A stretch of DNA of 63,585 bases, the filler included, from Octopus bimaculoides (taxonomy: Eukaryota), in NCBI RefSeq assembly GCF_001194135.2. It is 3 parts of 3 records of this genome, joined end to end, with 100 filler letters (N's around TTAATTAATTAA, not from the genome) between each part and the next. Parts side by side here need not be neighbours in the genome. Positions count along the whole stretch, not along the records: positions 1 to 28,840 come from NC_068981.1; 2 more parts are not named here. One strand, written 5' to 3'. The notes below the pieces were generated by a model that worked only from the letters and a program-made list of their open reading frames with translations, searched no databases and was not told the origin of the DNA. The first letter of the stretch is position 1. Every line of letters begins with the position of its first letter. This document shows, piece by piece, positions 10,701 through 24,086 of the stretch. Position numbers and translations under genes: made by a program.

Positions 10701-12982
10701 GCAAAGAAATTTTCAAGATATTTTTTATCAGTTATGAGAAAACTAATAAAGTTATTCATTAAATTTTAAAAGAGTCCTATTCATTACAGGCCAATAATGC
10801 TAGTTTTTTTTTAAATAGCTGGTCAGCCTTGATCAGACAATTTTATTTATATTGCCCATTTCTGGTACAATCTAAATTTTATCCAATTTCACGTTCTTTA
10901 TTCTGTAATTCCTTCCCCAGTCCTAAATACAATATATTGGGGACTACATTGAGAGATGTGGTTGCTAATTCCACCAAATCGAGCGACCATGTAGATCTCT
11001 CGTTATCTTAATAACAATAAGTTTCTTATGTAGGTAGGTGTAAGGTCATAAATTAAATGGAAATCACATTGTTTAGGGGTTTCTTCCTTTTTTCTTTTTA
11101 CCTTTCTTTCAAATAAGCTTAGCAATGAAATCCAAGCAAAAAATTTACAACTAGGAAATGAAATTGAAATAAATGTCATAAATTAAGGTCATCAGAAGTG
11201 TATGTTAACAGAAACTCGCAGATCATAAATCAGGTAGACAGGAAAACTGGTATTTTAGGAATGGAGATGTTGACATTCAGGTCAATTATACAAATTCCTT
11301 TACCTGACCAACACTGTATAGATTAATGATGTGTTGTGGTGTGCTGTTGTATAGCCACTTCCATCACAAACGATAAACCTTGTTTGAACAATAAAGATGC
11401 TACAGTCGTGTTCAAATTTGCACAACAGGGTTAAGAAATTGATTCTTCTTCAAGATTATCACACAACTATGCACTGATTTTTGTTATTAATTACAGTCCA
11501 TAACCAATCAGCAATCACAACATTCCGGGTTTGATACCACCATAAGACATCGTAGGCAAGTCTTTTTTTTTGAGCATAGTCTCAAGCTGACCCAAGCTTT
11601 GTGAGTGAAACTGGGTAAACAGAAACTGTGCTGAAACTTGTTGGAAGGATTCGTACCTGTAATTAAAATATTAAGCTAATGCTACACTACAGTATGGGGA
11701 TCTTTGTGGTTTTCATCACTGTTTATAATTTTGTTCCAATTGTTTTCAAATTTGGTATATGGATTAAGTTTTGCATACTAATTATGAAAATGAAATTCAT
11801 TTTTCTGATCCATAATTAAAAAATTATTAGCCTTCAAAATTTGCAAAATGTTGGTATTTTAGCCAATCAGAAGCGAGTATTTTAGACATCACCATGGCAA
11901 GAAGCTCTGTTTCCATAGTAACCAAAGATGCTGTGCATGTGCACAAGGAGGAGTAGGAGATACGAGAAAGATAATCTTTCTTATTATAATAATACTCTTG
12001 TGTTTTTCTCCGTCACAACATATAAATGAGAAAGGAAGGGGTGATGGCAGATTGGTAGTGAGAGCGTTTCAACTCTGTGAGTATGTAAAAGGGAGGTATG
12101 TGAATGTTTGTGTGTGTGTGTGTGCAATGAAAGTGGGATAGTGAACATTCAACTGTGTGAGTATATGTGTGTGCATGTACAAGGGGAGCAATGTGTTGAC
12201 ATGCCAATAATTGTAAGCAGTAACGAAAACCACAAAGATTCCAGTATGGCAAACACTGATTCTTCCTGAGAATTGCATTAAGGGTACATGCCTGTAGAAT
12301 ATTCACATGTTAATTCAATGAATAGGTAGTTCAGTTAATCAAACTCAATACTCATTGTCAAAATCAACCGAGATCTATTATTTCATGTAAGGACATCTGC
12401 ATATGCTTTAATAAAATCATGTTAATTTTGATAAAACGATAGCAGTTTATGTAATCAGAACATAACTGTACCTAACTAAACACCATAATTCATACATTGT
12501 TTTGTAGTTGAGTGTGTGTGTAATGATAAAATACCGAACATTTGGTTCACTTGTTAAAATGCATAATCTCGATGTTGGAGAATATTGGTTATATTTGAAA
12601 CATTAAAATCTCAAATAGAAAATACACAAAGCTATTTCACTTTATTTAAAATAAATTATTTCATAATAACATAAATAACATTTGATCTGTATTCACAAAA
12701 ATATATGAAAACATAACATACACCACGAATCTCTTTTCTTGCTTATTCACCTGCTTGTATGATTTTTTGTTGCATAGCTCCAGCTCCAGCAGACCAAAGA
12801 CGAAAAGCAATCCAATCATGGCATTTCCATGTTTAGAGATGGGGGAGTATCCAGGTTAAAATTACTAAATGTGTTTTTTTTCTTTTTTTTCTCTCTCCTA
12901 AGTTGGAGTGAGATCCATGAACATTTGCCTGCAATTAATTGCTAGCAGGCTCAGCAGCCCCATAGATGCTCTCTTGTAGGCT

Positions 12983-13044
<62 letters not shown>

Positions 13045-13316
13045 ATGCACGCGTGCGTGTGTATGAAAAGAAAGGGCTTTATTTCAATATGTATGTTTGT
13101 TCAATATGTGGTTCTGTGACTATACCAAATTCTGTGTGGGTTAGATGGCTGTTGGACAATTGTTGTAAATGTCAAAAAGTAAATGTTTGATTTTTAGTTT
13201 ATGAAAAACACTGACGTTAGTTCTATTCATAAAATGCTTGATGATATGTCTGAGGAAATCCCATATGTTAAATATTTAAATACCTTCAATAAAGCATTCC
13301 CAAATATTTATAATTA

Positions 13317-14276
13317 TCAGTGACAAAGTGGAGGTGTCGTGCGTTTGATTATTTGAACTATACCTTGAAAATCATATCTCGTTTCCAGTGGTATACAGTC
13401 TGTATAACCCTGTCTATATTTTTGCGGTTTTATCAACTTGGTATTACATTTTGCATTTGGTCGTTTGGAACTAGCTAGGTTACCATCACTAGTGGTTTGG
13501 TGAACTGCTAATATGCTCATTGTAGTATCAATCATACATGCTTTGTTTATGTTGCCAAATATGATAATATAATTATCAAAGGCGACCCGTCCAATGACCA
13601 TGTTAGGAAATGTACTCCAGGGAAAATTGGTTCCTGTAAAAAAATAGTCTTCACCCCATATTCTTGCTAAAGACCCTTTTGATGCAACCTTGGATAGGTT
13701 TCTGATACTTTTTACAGTTAGATTATGAAAATTAACATTTGTTCTACGGCCAGTTATGAGAAATCCGTGGTTTTGGTAAAATTGTTCGTGCTTTAAGATT
13801 GAACGTAGAGTGGTGTTAAGCGTAGAATCAAAGAGAATATCTGAATTGGCATAACCATAAACTTTGGACGGAAAATTGCGCTGAACATCCAAAAACATGC
13901 TTTTTAGCACAGGTAAATTTCCACAGGCAACATGTAAAATTGGTAGTACTTTCCAGCCAAGAGCAAGAGCTTCCTGAGCAAGAATTGATTCATTTGTAAA
14001 TAAAACTAGTTGAATATCAGGTCCCAGCTGTGTCCATAAATGCAAAGTGTTATTGTGTACAATTGCTTTATCTTTTCTTGTCGTCCATGAAGTAAATATA
14101 GTACAAAACTGGCCTTGGTGTTTTTGTTTTGTTACTTTGTAAAGATGAATAAGGTTTACATTTTCTGAAAACATGTTCATATTTAGATAGATAATACCAA
14201 CAATAAGTATCATAAGAAGTACAGCAAAAATCTTTAGCCGGTGGCTGTAATTGAAAATATGTTTTATGGCCAGCAT
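13317..14276 (-). CDS. Putative type II membrane glycosyltransferase-like protein (GT-A-like), 319 aa, single coding exon
   Basis: Intact non-repetitive ORF. Polypyrimidine tract plus CAG acceptor (14277-14279) immediately before the ATG at 14276. N-terminal TM helix IFAVLLMILIVGIIYL. Motifs YGYANSDILF (DxD-like), FLITGRRTNV, GEDYFF, IGRVAFDNY, IDTTMSILAVHQT. Confidence 0.85.
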   Translation of the reverse strand: MLAIKHIFNYSHRLKIFAVLLMILIVGIIYLNMNMFSENVNLIHLYKVTKQKHQGQFCTIFTSWTTRKDKAIVHNNTLHLWTQLGPDIQLVLFTNESILAQEALALGWKVLPILHVACGNLPVLKSMFLDVQRNFPSKVYGYANSDILFDSTLNTTLRSILKHEQFYQNHGFLITGRRTNVNFHNLTVKSIRNLSKVASKGSLARIWGEDYFFTGTNFPWSTFPNMVIGRVAFDNYIIIFGNINKACMIDTTMSILAVHQTTSDGNLASSKRPNAKCNTKLIKPQKYRQGYTDCIPLETRYDFQGIVQIIKRTTPPLCH

Positions 14277-15605
14277 CTGAAAAAGTAAGAAAATTGATAT
14301 TAAAAAAAAATGAGCAAGAATTTTTTTCTTTTTTAATAATACACACACAATAAAATATGTAGAAATAATTACAACAAAACAAAAACTGTAAATTACTAAG
14401 TTCCGGAATATATGGAGGATTCTGTTTGTATACATTTCCAATTAATGTGTTACAAGGTGGTGAAAGGTAGAGTGTTGGACTAAAAAATATTTTTCCATAT
14501 TTGGCTCCATCACTCTGTATTCCATTTTCAAACTCAGGCCAACTTCATCTTTCAACTGTCAAGAATATCTTTAAATCAAAAGTCTAATTACATACTAAAC
14601 TGAGTATATTAATCGTCTGAATTCATATTTTTCCATAACCAACATCATCATCATCATCATCGGCTTAACATTTATTTTTCCATGCTTGCTTGGGTCAGAC
14701 AAGAGTACGTTGGGTTAGGGTTCTTCCACAGTCCCTGATCTATGACCATGTAGTGTTTATAAAACAAAGATTATACAGAAACAGCATTTATGGGGTTTTT
14801 CAATTGTTTCAAGGGTAATAACTTTCTAAAAATAAAACTGTAGTTAATGTAACTTAGCCACTCGACAGATAAAGATCAACATTACGCACTCACATAGTCA
14901 TGGAAGAATCTGTACATCAGAAAAATATGCACTCGTATATTTGTTAATACAGTGAATATATTAATCAAAGTATACAGTATCAAAGATGTATTTCAGTCAA
15001 TCTTATCAATCAATTTTGCACTGGTTGTTAAATGATAGCATGGTCAGTACCACAACCTCTTCAGAGATGACATGTATGAAAAAAATATGGTGATTGCTCT
15101 GTTACTGGAGGTGAAAAAATTCACATCATGTTTGAGGATACTGGAAAAAAGAGTAAACAAAGTCGCTGGAGGCAAATGAGCAAGGTATTTATCAAGTATT
15201 ACGTCATTTGGTACCAAAGAATCTAAAATGGCTGCAAGACAGCATGAGTCAGGTGGGTGAAAATGTATGCAGAGGGGTTAAAGGGTTATGTGTATTGTGT
15301 CGGTTTGTGTGTAGAGCTTTTTTGAGAATGTTTGAGTGGGTGTCTGAACATTAAGCCCAAGTTTGGGTGCATATGTATATGTATGTTAACTTGTGCATGT
15401 TTTGGTTAAAGACTTTGTTGGATTCTCAGGATCTGATAACAGAAGGTAAAGAACCTAATGATTATAGTCATAGCGGATCCATAGATAAGATAATCTATAT
15501 ATCTTCTTTCACATGGGCAAGGGCAAAAATCTCATTCCTGCAATTTAAATAGATGTCTCAGCTAAACATAATCTTCTATTTTCAGTTGTTTTTTTTCCAT
15601 CTTTA

Positions 15606-15765
15606 CTACAAGAACGGCTCCAGTTCTAGTGAAGAAAATAGTTGCACATCTCCAACCCAATAGCCATCTTACTGCAAATAAATCTCCACTTCACAATCGT
15701 CAAATCCTTTCTTCTCGGTAGTGCAGCCTCCAGGAACACTCTCACCACTCGACCTTATCCACTTT
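15606..15765 (-). mobile_element. Degenerate retroelement-like fragment, repeated at 16874-17043 (probably Tx1/L1 ORF1)
   Basis: Shared gttgcacatctccaacccaatagcca...ctccacttcacaatc...ggaacactctcac; family assignment tentative. Confidence 0.5.
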
Positions 15766-16873
15766 TAAATTAATAAAGATTTTTTTATTTGTTATTTGTA
15801 TGATTCGGGAATGTCAACTCAGACTGTTTAGCCATGTTCCTTATTTTTCCAAGTTGGATCCTGTGTATCATGTTCTCTTCAGTGATGATCCAGTTGGGGT
15901 AACGGCTCATGCTGGTCGATCACATGCCACATAGTTGCGGCAGATGAGGAAGTATCTTGCTGAGATGAGGGCTGAGATGATTGCCCAGGACACCCCAAGC
16001 AAATGCTGACAAATGGTGGATGTAGCGATGCACTGCAACAGCGCATGCCCTCATACCTAACCTGACCTGTTACATTTTGTTTTATATAGATATCAAAGAA
16101 AGTCTCCAGCCTTATTTTATCGAGTTATTAAATGAAACGGTAAATAGACCCTAAATTTGCTCCAAAAGTGAGTCTGGTCACCCTTGTTACTTCGCCCCAG
16201 GCGAAGCAAATCTATCCTTACCAAGCAAATCTATGATCAAATATAATACAGCATTGACTATTATCTCATCTTTTTGTATATCCAACAGTGGCATAGTTAG
16301 AGTATGTGCTTCCCAGGGCAGCCCTTAAGTCTACTGCCCTCCTTGCCAGGCCCCTAAGCCTATACAGGTTTATACATACAGCAGACCCTAAAGTTCCACC
16401 CCCTTAAACGCTTTCTACAGGACGGGCTGCACCCCCCATGACCCACCTCAACCACATCCATATTCACTAGCTAGGTTAGTGTGTCCAATGCTACATTATC
16501 CAGTCAGTCTTTTCTTTAAGACAGTATATTGTGGTGTGAGGGAAGTTTGATAGCTATTTCTAACAGGTCAAGCAACCGTGTAGAGGTTCTTCTTTCATTG
16601 ATTGATGACCTTTTGCGGCAACTCTACATACATAAAATAGCCAAAAATACATCATGAAAAAAAACAAAAGAAAGGGTCTCTTCTTTCGAATAAAAAAAAA
16701 AATATTTCAGTTCACTGCTCACGTTGACGGGGCTGTGGTGCTTCCGTCGTTGCTGCGAACATGCCAGCATCCCTGATCGAAGAAGGAGGATTGTTCGACT
16801 GATTGGCAACAATTAAATCACCAGCCGGGTTCACTCACTATCCCATAGACATACTGTTTCTTTTCCATTTTTA

Positions 16874-17043
16874 CTACATGAACAGCTCTAGTTCCACTGA
16901 AGTAAATAATTGCACATCTCCAACCCAATAGCCACCTTTGAACTTCTCTAACTGCATACTACTCTCCACTTCACAATCATCTAATCCTTTCATCTCAGTG
17001 ATGCAGCGTCCTGGAACACTCTCACTGCTCACCTTTATTCACT
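16874..17043 (-). mobile_element. Second copy of the fragment at 15606-15765
   Basis: Direct similarity to 15606-15765. Confidence 0.5.
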
Positions 17044-17914
17044 GGTAAAATTGAATTGATTTGATAATTCAGATTGGACATCTGTCGGTCGATATCTGCA
17101 GTCTCTGAAGCTCCTTCCACTCATTCAACCTTTTTTGATTAGTTTATACAAACGGAATTAATAAACATTTCTTTGTTTATTTTCTAAGTACATTCTTGTA
17201 TTTACGTTCTATCCAGGAAAAGAAAAGGCAAGTAAAATCAAGACAATTACATCTGCTGTATTCAGGTTCAACAGAGCCTGATTTGTCATAGTAAGACAGG
17301 AAACCATCTGCTTCCGGATTTTAAAAAACATACAGGAGAGTGGAAATAGTTACTGTGCATGTCCATTTTACTTCTGTAGCTGCCACATAACAAAGAGTTA
17401 TGATGTAGTTAAACTGTGTATGTCTATGAGGGTGGGGCGAGAACGCGAATCTAAAAAGTTTTCTTTGTTTTTTTCCTTTTTTATATTGTTTGTTTAGATT
17501 TTTTTAAATGCGTTTTCTGTAATACAGCTCAGGTATCTGAAGTTATTATTGTATAATAAACATTAAACTGGCTTGATATCCAGCATATCATTAATTTCTA
17601 ATTTAGGGCATATGGTTAGCAGTTTTGAGGGGAGGGATTAGATATATCAACCACAAAAAGGTGAACAGCAATGTTGATTTTGACAGGATTTGAACTCAGA
17701 ATGTAAAGAGTTGAAAGAAGTACCGCAAGGCATTTTTCTGAAGCGCTAATGATTCTGCCTACTAACAATAATAATAATAATAATCTTTTCTGCTATAAGC
17801 ACAAGGCCTGAAATTTTAGGGAGAGGTAAGTTGATTAAATTGACCCCAATACTCAACTGGTACTTACTTTATTGATCCCGAAATGATGAAAGGCAAAGTC
17901 AACCTTGGTGTTGA

Positions 17915-18890
17915 CCTTAGACAGTATGGACCCACCTCTCCAAGTGCTGGACTTCAGGCCAGCTGACTCTTTGGGGTTCATTTTTTGCTCCTGCTCCTGT
18001 CACTACTTTATAGTCCTTTAGGGCGGTGCCGAGCACTTCTATGTGTCTGGTGTTCAACACTATGAAGGCGACATCGTTCACACATGCCAACACAGTTTTT
18101 CCACATCCTAGATCATGTAGGATTATCCTCAACATCTCTAATTTCCGTAGAAGCAGCTAAAGTGTCAGTACATAATGAAAAGACAACTTTCATGGATCGA
18201 GCGCATGATACTGGATGATTCCAATAGACCATTCATCTACCACCTTGCAGGTATCGTTGTACATTGTGGGTCTAAAGACAGGACCGAAACAACCCACCAT
18301 GAGAACAGCAGCCAAGTATTGGTGGTTGGCTCTATTGAAGGCTTTTGATTGATCGAGGCTCCACCCATACCATGTACTTTAGCCACTCTCTCTACGATGT
18401 ATTGCATGAGGTGGAGATTGCCATGGATAGATCTGTTTGGGGTGGCAATTGTCTCTGCATCAATGGTAAGATCATCCATGACAAGCAACATTTTGGCTAA
18501 TACTTGGCCAAAATTTTTAGTTTTGCATTTGGTAGAGTTATAAGCTTAAAATTATTGAAGTAATCCCCACCCCCTGTTGGAGTCCTTTTTCAATAGCAGT
18601 ACTACACCACAGCTCAAATGACTGGGAATTCTCCCATTCTGAAACCAGTTACAGTAAACATTTACTATGTCACCAAACAAGTCTGACATATAAAAATAAA
18701 GGCAGTAGGTCAGACCATCCAGCCTCCAGCAATTCTCCCCCATGCAGCCAGCCAACACTTCCCATATTTCATCACACATAATCGGCCTTTCACAGAGCAC
18801 CACAGCATCAGTAATGTCTATCTTTGAAACTTCAATGAGGTCACTCAAATTGTTTAAAACCTCAAGCAGATTTCCTTGAAATAACAACCT
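17915..18890 (-). mobile_element. Tx1/L1-type LINE RT remnant
   Basis: LDGLTYCLYFYMSDLFG...NWFQNGRIP...GVVLLLKKDSNRG, PNRSIHGNLHLMQYIVERV..GMGGASIN, NDVAFIV...LKDYKVVTGA. Confidence 0.85.
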
Positions 18891-19329
18891 ATTGTTTAAA
18901 AGAAATTTAAAAAATAGGTGTTGTTATTGGAATACTGCTGAATATACACCTGCTCAATCAAGCTGTCCTTGGAGCTAAGCAATTCTCTCTCAATACCACT
19001 TTAAACTGACACATAGTTCAATGTAGTGTTAGATATCCTAGATGTGGAATAAAAAAAGAGATTTATTATGGTTAGAATGGTCAGAGGTCTAATCAATCAG
19101 AGCCAACTTGGAGACAAACAGTAATAGCAACTAAGATACCAGATAGCAGAGTCTGGATTAATTACATTGTGAAACAAAATTTGAATTTTCATTTCTTTGG
19201 TCAGTGTTATTTCCTATTTGCTTCTATCTAGAAATCAAAGGAAATGTCTACCACTCCTTTCAAACTTTGCTTTTGTGATCTGGACATCAATGTTTTGAAA
19301 CTGATCTATTTTCCATTACATTTCAGCTG

Positions 19330-19651
19330 AATTCAGTGCTGAGTTGTGGAAACAGGAACATCATTATAACAAATATTCTGCTCAATGCCACAGATTTGCT
19401 TGTCATTTGTTTGACCTTATCCACTTGAGTATGTCCTTTAATGGCTGATAATATGTACATCTCTGACCATGAGCAAAAGTAGTGGGGGAACATCATAGCC
19501 ATGTATTGAGAGGGATGTTTTGGGGCTTGAATAAATGTAACAAAAGCAATATTTGAAGAAAATATTATCCAATTTTCATAGGTTCTAGGGGTAAGCAAAT
19601 AGGAAATCACAGTTGCTTCCCAAAGATAAAAATCATGTTATACAGTGTTAT
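19330..19651 (-). mobile_element. Possible Chapaev-like DNA transposon terminus
   Basis: Minus strand starts cactgtataac, resembling the terminus at 9045; no coding evidence. Confidence 0.35.
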
Positions 19652-20589
19652 TCTTAACTAAATTAGTGGCCGTATTTACAGAGCACCACAACCGATACTC
19701 TGGTTGTGTTTACAGAGCAATTCTACTATTTCAATCCACCACAATTGGCATTATTCATACTCTTACACTTTCGGATAATAGTAACACTTTGATTTAAGTA
19801 AAAAATGAACTAAGAGAAAAAAGCATGATGAAAATGAAATGATTTATATACTTTATATACATGCAATGTACAAAGTAGTGTGACTGGAACAATCTGAGCC
19901 ATAGCACTATGCCAGTTAGCTTAATGAGATCCTAACAATTACTCCTTCACCAGTATATGGTCAGATTGATTGATTTCAACTGAATGCTTTTAACAATATC
20001 TGCAACTTGTGTAAAAATAAAAGAAGTGGTCAATTTTGTTTTTGTCAAACGAATAATGGTAGATGGATCAATAACAGACTGACTTACAAGAAAAAAAAAA
20101 AATAATAATAATAATAATAATTAGCTCGAGATTGTAACGACATTCAGTTCCACCACTTAACCCTTTCCTTTAGGTAGTTACTTTCTTCTTGATTCAAATT
20201 AGTATAAAACTTGTTGCTTAGCAGCAGATCAGCTTTGATTGACCAGACAAATAACCAAAAGCATTTCTACTGTGACCATGCTATCTTTTATATCGAACAT
20301 AGTGTATAAAGGACCTAAGCTTAGATAGTAGGGAATCCCTTGCTGATAATGTTATTCAGTTGCATCACAGATTCATTGTTATGTATTGTATGCATGCAGT
20401 ATGTTGATGACACTTCTATGAAAGTCTTCTTGATTAAGCATGAATCCTCCAGCTGCCTTGTCACTCTTGTCCAACCAACTAGCCATTCATTCGGACATGG
20501 CTAGCCATAGCATATGAAAAAGCTTAATAACATCTGGAGCAGCAAAAGTGCTAGTATTCATTTGGCCGATAGGCATTTATGTTTGCAAA

Positions 20590-20755
20590 GTATGGACTCT
20601 GAAGGAATTCAAAGAGAACATAATCAATGAGTTTGAAAGGTGAGAGTATAGGAGAATATTACTAATCACTTACAAGGATCATCGAACAAATGAATGGATG
20701 TTACAACAAGTAGGTGAAGGAGGGTAGTAGATGAAAAGGTAGATGGACAATATTA
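20590..20755 (+). mobile_element. RTE-type LINE C-terminal fragment
   Basis: WTLK...YRRILLITYKDHRTNEWMLQQVGE...RWTI resembles the RTE RT C-terminus. Confidence 0.55.
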
Positions 20756-20764
20756 CAGTTTACC

Positions 20765-23115
20765 TTCACCGGCCCTCCAGTGCACAGCTGCGCACGTCGT
20801 CTATCACCAGACAAACTTGCAATCACAAAGGTCGAGTTCGACAATATGGAGGCATTGGACATAGTTCACTGATCAAGCAATCCCTGGTCATCACCCCTGC
20901 ATGTGGCCCCAAAATCCAAAGGAGGTTATCGAACCTGCGGAGATAACCGCCGTCTCAACGCAGATACGACACCTGACCGCTATCCCATTCCAAACATACA
21001 AGATTTTTCAGCCCAGCTAGCTGGGTGCTCAGTTTTCTCCAAGCTTTACCTCATCCGGGGATACCACCAAAAACCAGTACAAGACGACGATGTACCGAAA
21101 ACCGCTGTAATCACTCCTTTCGGTCTGTACGAATTTCTACGTACAACCTTTGGGTTGAAAAATGTGGCACAATCTTTCCAACGCCTGATGGACACTGTGT
21201 GCAGAGGTCTCGATTTTGTCTTTGCATACTTAGATATCCTTATTGCAAGCCCAGACGCAGAGCTACATAAGAAGCACCTATTGACTCTTTTTGATAGGCT
21301 GGAACAGTATGGTTTAGTAATCAACTCCGCCAAGTGCGTTTTTGGTGTGACAGAAATCGACTTCTTGGGATATCGAATCACAAGTGCCGGCGCTACACCC
21401 CTGCCAGAAAAAGTAAAAGCTATCTTATCCTTTCCACGCCCCACCACAAGCAAGGCTCTACATCAATTCGTGGGCATGGTAAACTTTTACCATCGCTTCA
21501 TCCCTTCTGCAGCCAAAGTGATGAGACCCCTATACAAGGCACTGTCAAAAAAGGGTGCAAAAAGACAGGTGGAATGGGATATTACAATGACTTCAGTCTT
21601 CGAATCCACAAAACAAGCCCTGGCCCAAACAACCATGCTATTTCATCCTCACAAATCAGCTTGGACTGCACTCACAGTTGACGCATCCGACACAGCCATT
21701 GGGGGAGTTTTGAAACAACGCATCAACAGTCAGTGGCGACCGCTCGCCTTCTTCAGCCATCAACTACGACCCCCTGAACAGAAATACAGTGCTTTTGGCA
21801 GGGAACTACTGACTGTCCATCTAGGTGTCCGCCACTTTCACTATTTCCTTGAAGACCGCACGTTTACAGTATTCACAGATCACAAACGACTCACCTTTGC
21901 TATGAGCAAGCTCTCGGAGCCTTGGTCTGCACGCCAGCAACGACAGGTTTCAGCAATTTCTGAGTACACCACAGACATCCAACACATAATTGGCAAGGGC
22001 AACCCAGTTGCCGACGCACTCTCTCGTGCTCCTACTCGCTCTCACACCTACCTAGTCCTAATAACGGAAGGCTTGGATTACGAAGCTATGGCTGCAACCC
22101 AACAGACAGATGACGGGATCAGGGCCTATCGCACTGCCATCACATCCTTTGCAGGATGTACACTTTGGCTCTAACGGCACAACCCTACCGTGTGATGTAT
22201 CCACTGGGAAGCCACGACTGATCGTCCCATCAGCCTGGCGCAAGAAAGTTTTCGACATCATTTACGAACTTTCCCACCCAGGTACTAAAGCCACACGGCG
22301 GCTGATGTCAAGCAAATTTATCTGGCACAGTATGGCCAAGAAAATCGGGGACTGGACCAGGTCCTGCATCCCCGTCAACAAGGTCCATCAACACACCAAC
22401 ACCCCTCGGCAAATATGAACCACCTCAGGCCCGATTCAGCCATGTCAACATTGACCTTGTCAGCCCCCTGCCACATTCATAGGGTTGCTCGTATCTACTG
22501 ACTTTGGTGGACCGCTACACCCGTTGGCCTGAAGCTATCCCTCTCAGCAGCATGGAAACACAAGAAGTCAGCCGAGCCTTCATCGCAAACTGGGTCGCCT
22601 GTTTTGGTGTCCCAGATAGCATCTCATCCGATCGGGGTCCACAATTCACCTCAAAGCTGTGGGATGACATGTGTAACCTTTTTGGAATCACAATGAACCG
22701 CACAACAGCCTACCGCCCACAGGCCAACGGATTAGTGGAGAGATTTCACCGCTGCCTGAAGGGATCCCTGACAACCAGACTTAACGGGCCAAATTGGATC
22801 GATCAACTCCCATGGGTGATGCTGGGAATCCGCACTGCCCCAAAAGAAAATCTCAACACTTCCTCTGCAGAAATGGTGTACGGTGTTCCCGTTACAGTGC
22901 CGAATACAAAGTCAGACCCGGATGTCAAAAGGTACCTCGCTCAACTGCGAGACAGCGTGGGCCAGTTGCGCCCAGTTCCCATGTCGACACATGGTACATC
23001 CATATCATCCGTACCAAAAGGCCTCCGTACAGCTAACTTTGTGTTCATTCGACGTGACACACGACGAAGACCCCACCAGTCACCCTACGATGATCCATTT
23101 CATCAAATAAAGAAG
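20765..23115 (+). mobile_element. Gypsy/Ty3 LTR retrotransposon pol remnant (RT-RNase H-integrase), CsRn1-like
   Basis: DRYPIPNIQDF, KTAVITPFGLYEF, DASDTAIGGVL, HPGTKATRRLM, VDRYTRWPEAIP, SDRGPQFTS, ANGLVERFHR. Frameshifts in integrase; YLDIL instead of YLDDIL; no gag or LTR seen. Confidence 0.95.
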
Positions 23116-23454
23116 GTATCAGACGGTCGTGACATATACTAAAAACAACAGCTAAATCACCCTTAACTTTTTTCTATAGTGAGACCATATTCAACACCGT
23201 ATTTATGAATTTGTTTCTCTCACCATGATATATGGGATCTTTTTAAAACCTTATTTCTATTACTCAAACATACAAAAAAATGAATAAGTTTTTATCATAC
23301 TTTTTTTTCCATTACACTCAAGCAAAAATATAATTTATGAATTTCTTTCTCTTCGAAAGTCCTCTCCCCACCCCAACGGAAAAGATTTTCCCCACAAATT
23401 TCTTTTAGAACCGTAATGTTTGAAAGGTGTTTATATAAAATTTCTTTAAAAACC

Positions 23455-24086
23455 CTCTAGCTATTGATGAGACAACTGATCTGTCTAATACCGCTCAAAT
23501 TGCAATATTTATACGTGGAATAACTGCAAAAAACAACATTCGAGAAGAATTTCTTGCCTTGAAATTAATGCATGGAACAAACAGAGGTGAAGATTTATTT
23601 CAAATGGTCAACTCAGCCTTGAAAGATTTTGATTTACCATATGAAAAAAAGTGAATGGCCTTACTACAGATGGCGCTCCATCTATGGTAGGTCGTGAAAA
23701 AGGGTTCGTAGCTCTGATTAAGAATAAATTGAAGAAGCGTCTTCTGGATCTGAAAAATTTATGTGTCAATGCTTTATTCATATGAAAAGTTTATGTGCAA
23801 AATCTCAAGATGGGCAATGTAATGAAGGTTGTAACTAAGGCTGTTAATTTGATAAAAAGCAAAGGATTGAATAATAGGGAAATTAAAGAAATTGTGAAAT
23901 ATATTGAAGCCGAAAATGGGAATTTATTGTACCATTGTGAAGTTAGGTGGTTAAGTAAGGCCCAAATGCTTAAGCGATTTTATGAACTGAAGAAAAACGT
24001 GAATTTTTTAATGAATATTAAAGGTGTTCCTATTGTAGAACTGGAAAACAAAAAGTTTCCAAGTGATTTAACATTTTTAGTAGATA
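23455..24086 (+). mobile_element. hAT (SPIN/Buster, GTF2IRD2-like) transposase remnant
   Basis: LAIDETTDLSNTAQIAIFIRG, TTDGAPSMVGRE, LLYHCEVRWLSKAQMLKRFYEL...LTFLVD. Confidence 0.9.

Noticed and set aside
12745-12860. Possible minus-strand mini-exon (MIGLLFVFG... or WKCHDWIAF...) with a GTGAAT donor
   Set aside because: No convincing acceptor or motif; one frame has an upstream stop.
14277-14441. 55-aa N-terminal extension of the 374-aa ORF
   Set aside because: It corresponds to an A/T-rich stretch and polypyrimidine tract ending in CAG, i.e. probable intron; the ATG at 14276 fits better.
20903-22174. 423-aa ORF as an active or domesticated RT
   Set aside because: A catalytic Asp is deleted (YLDIL), integrase is frameshifted, and gag and LTRs are absent.
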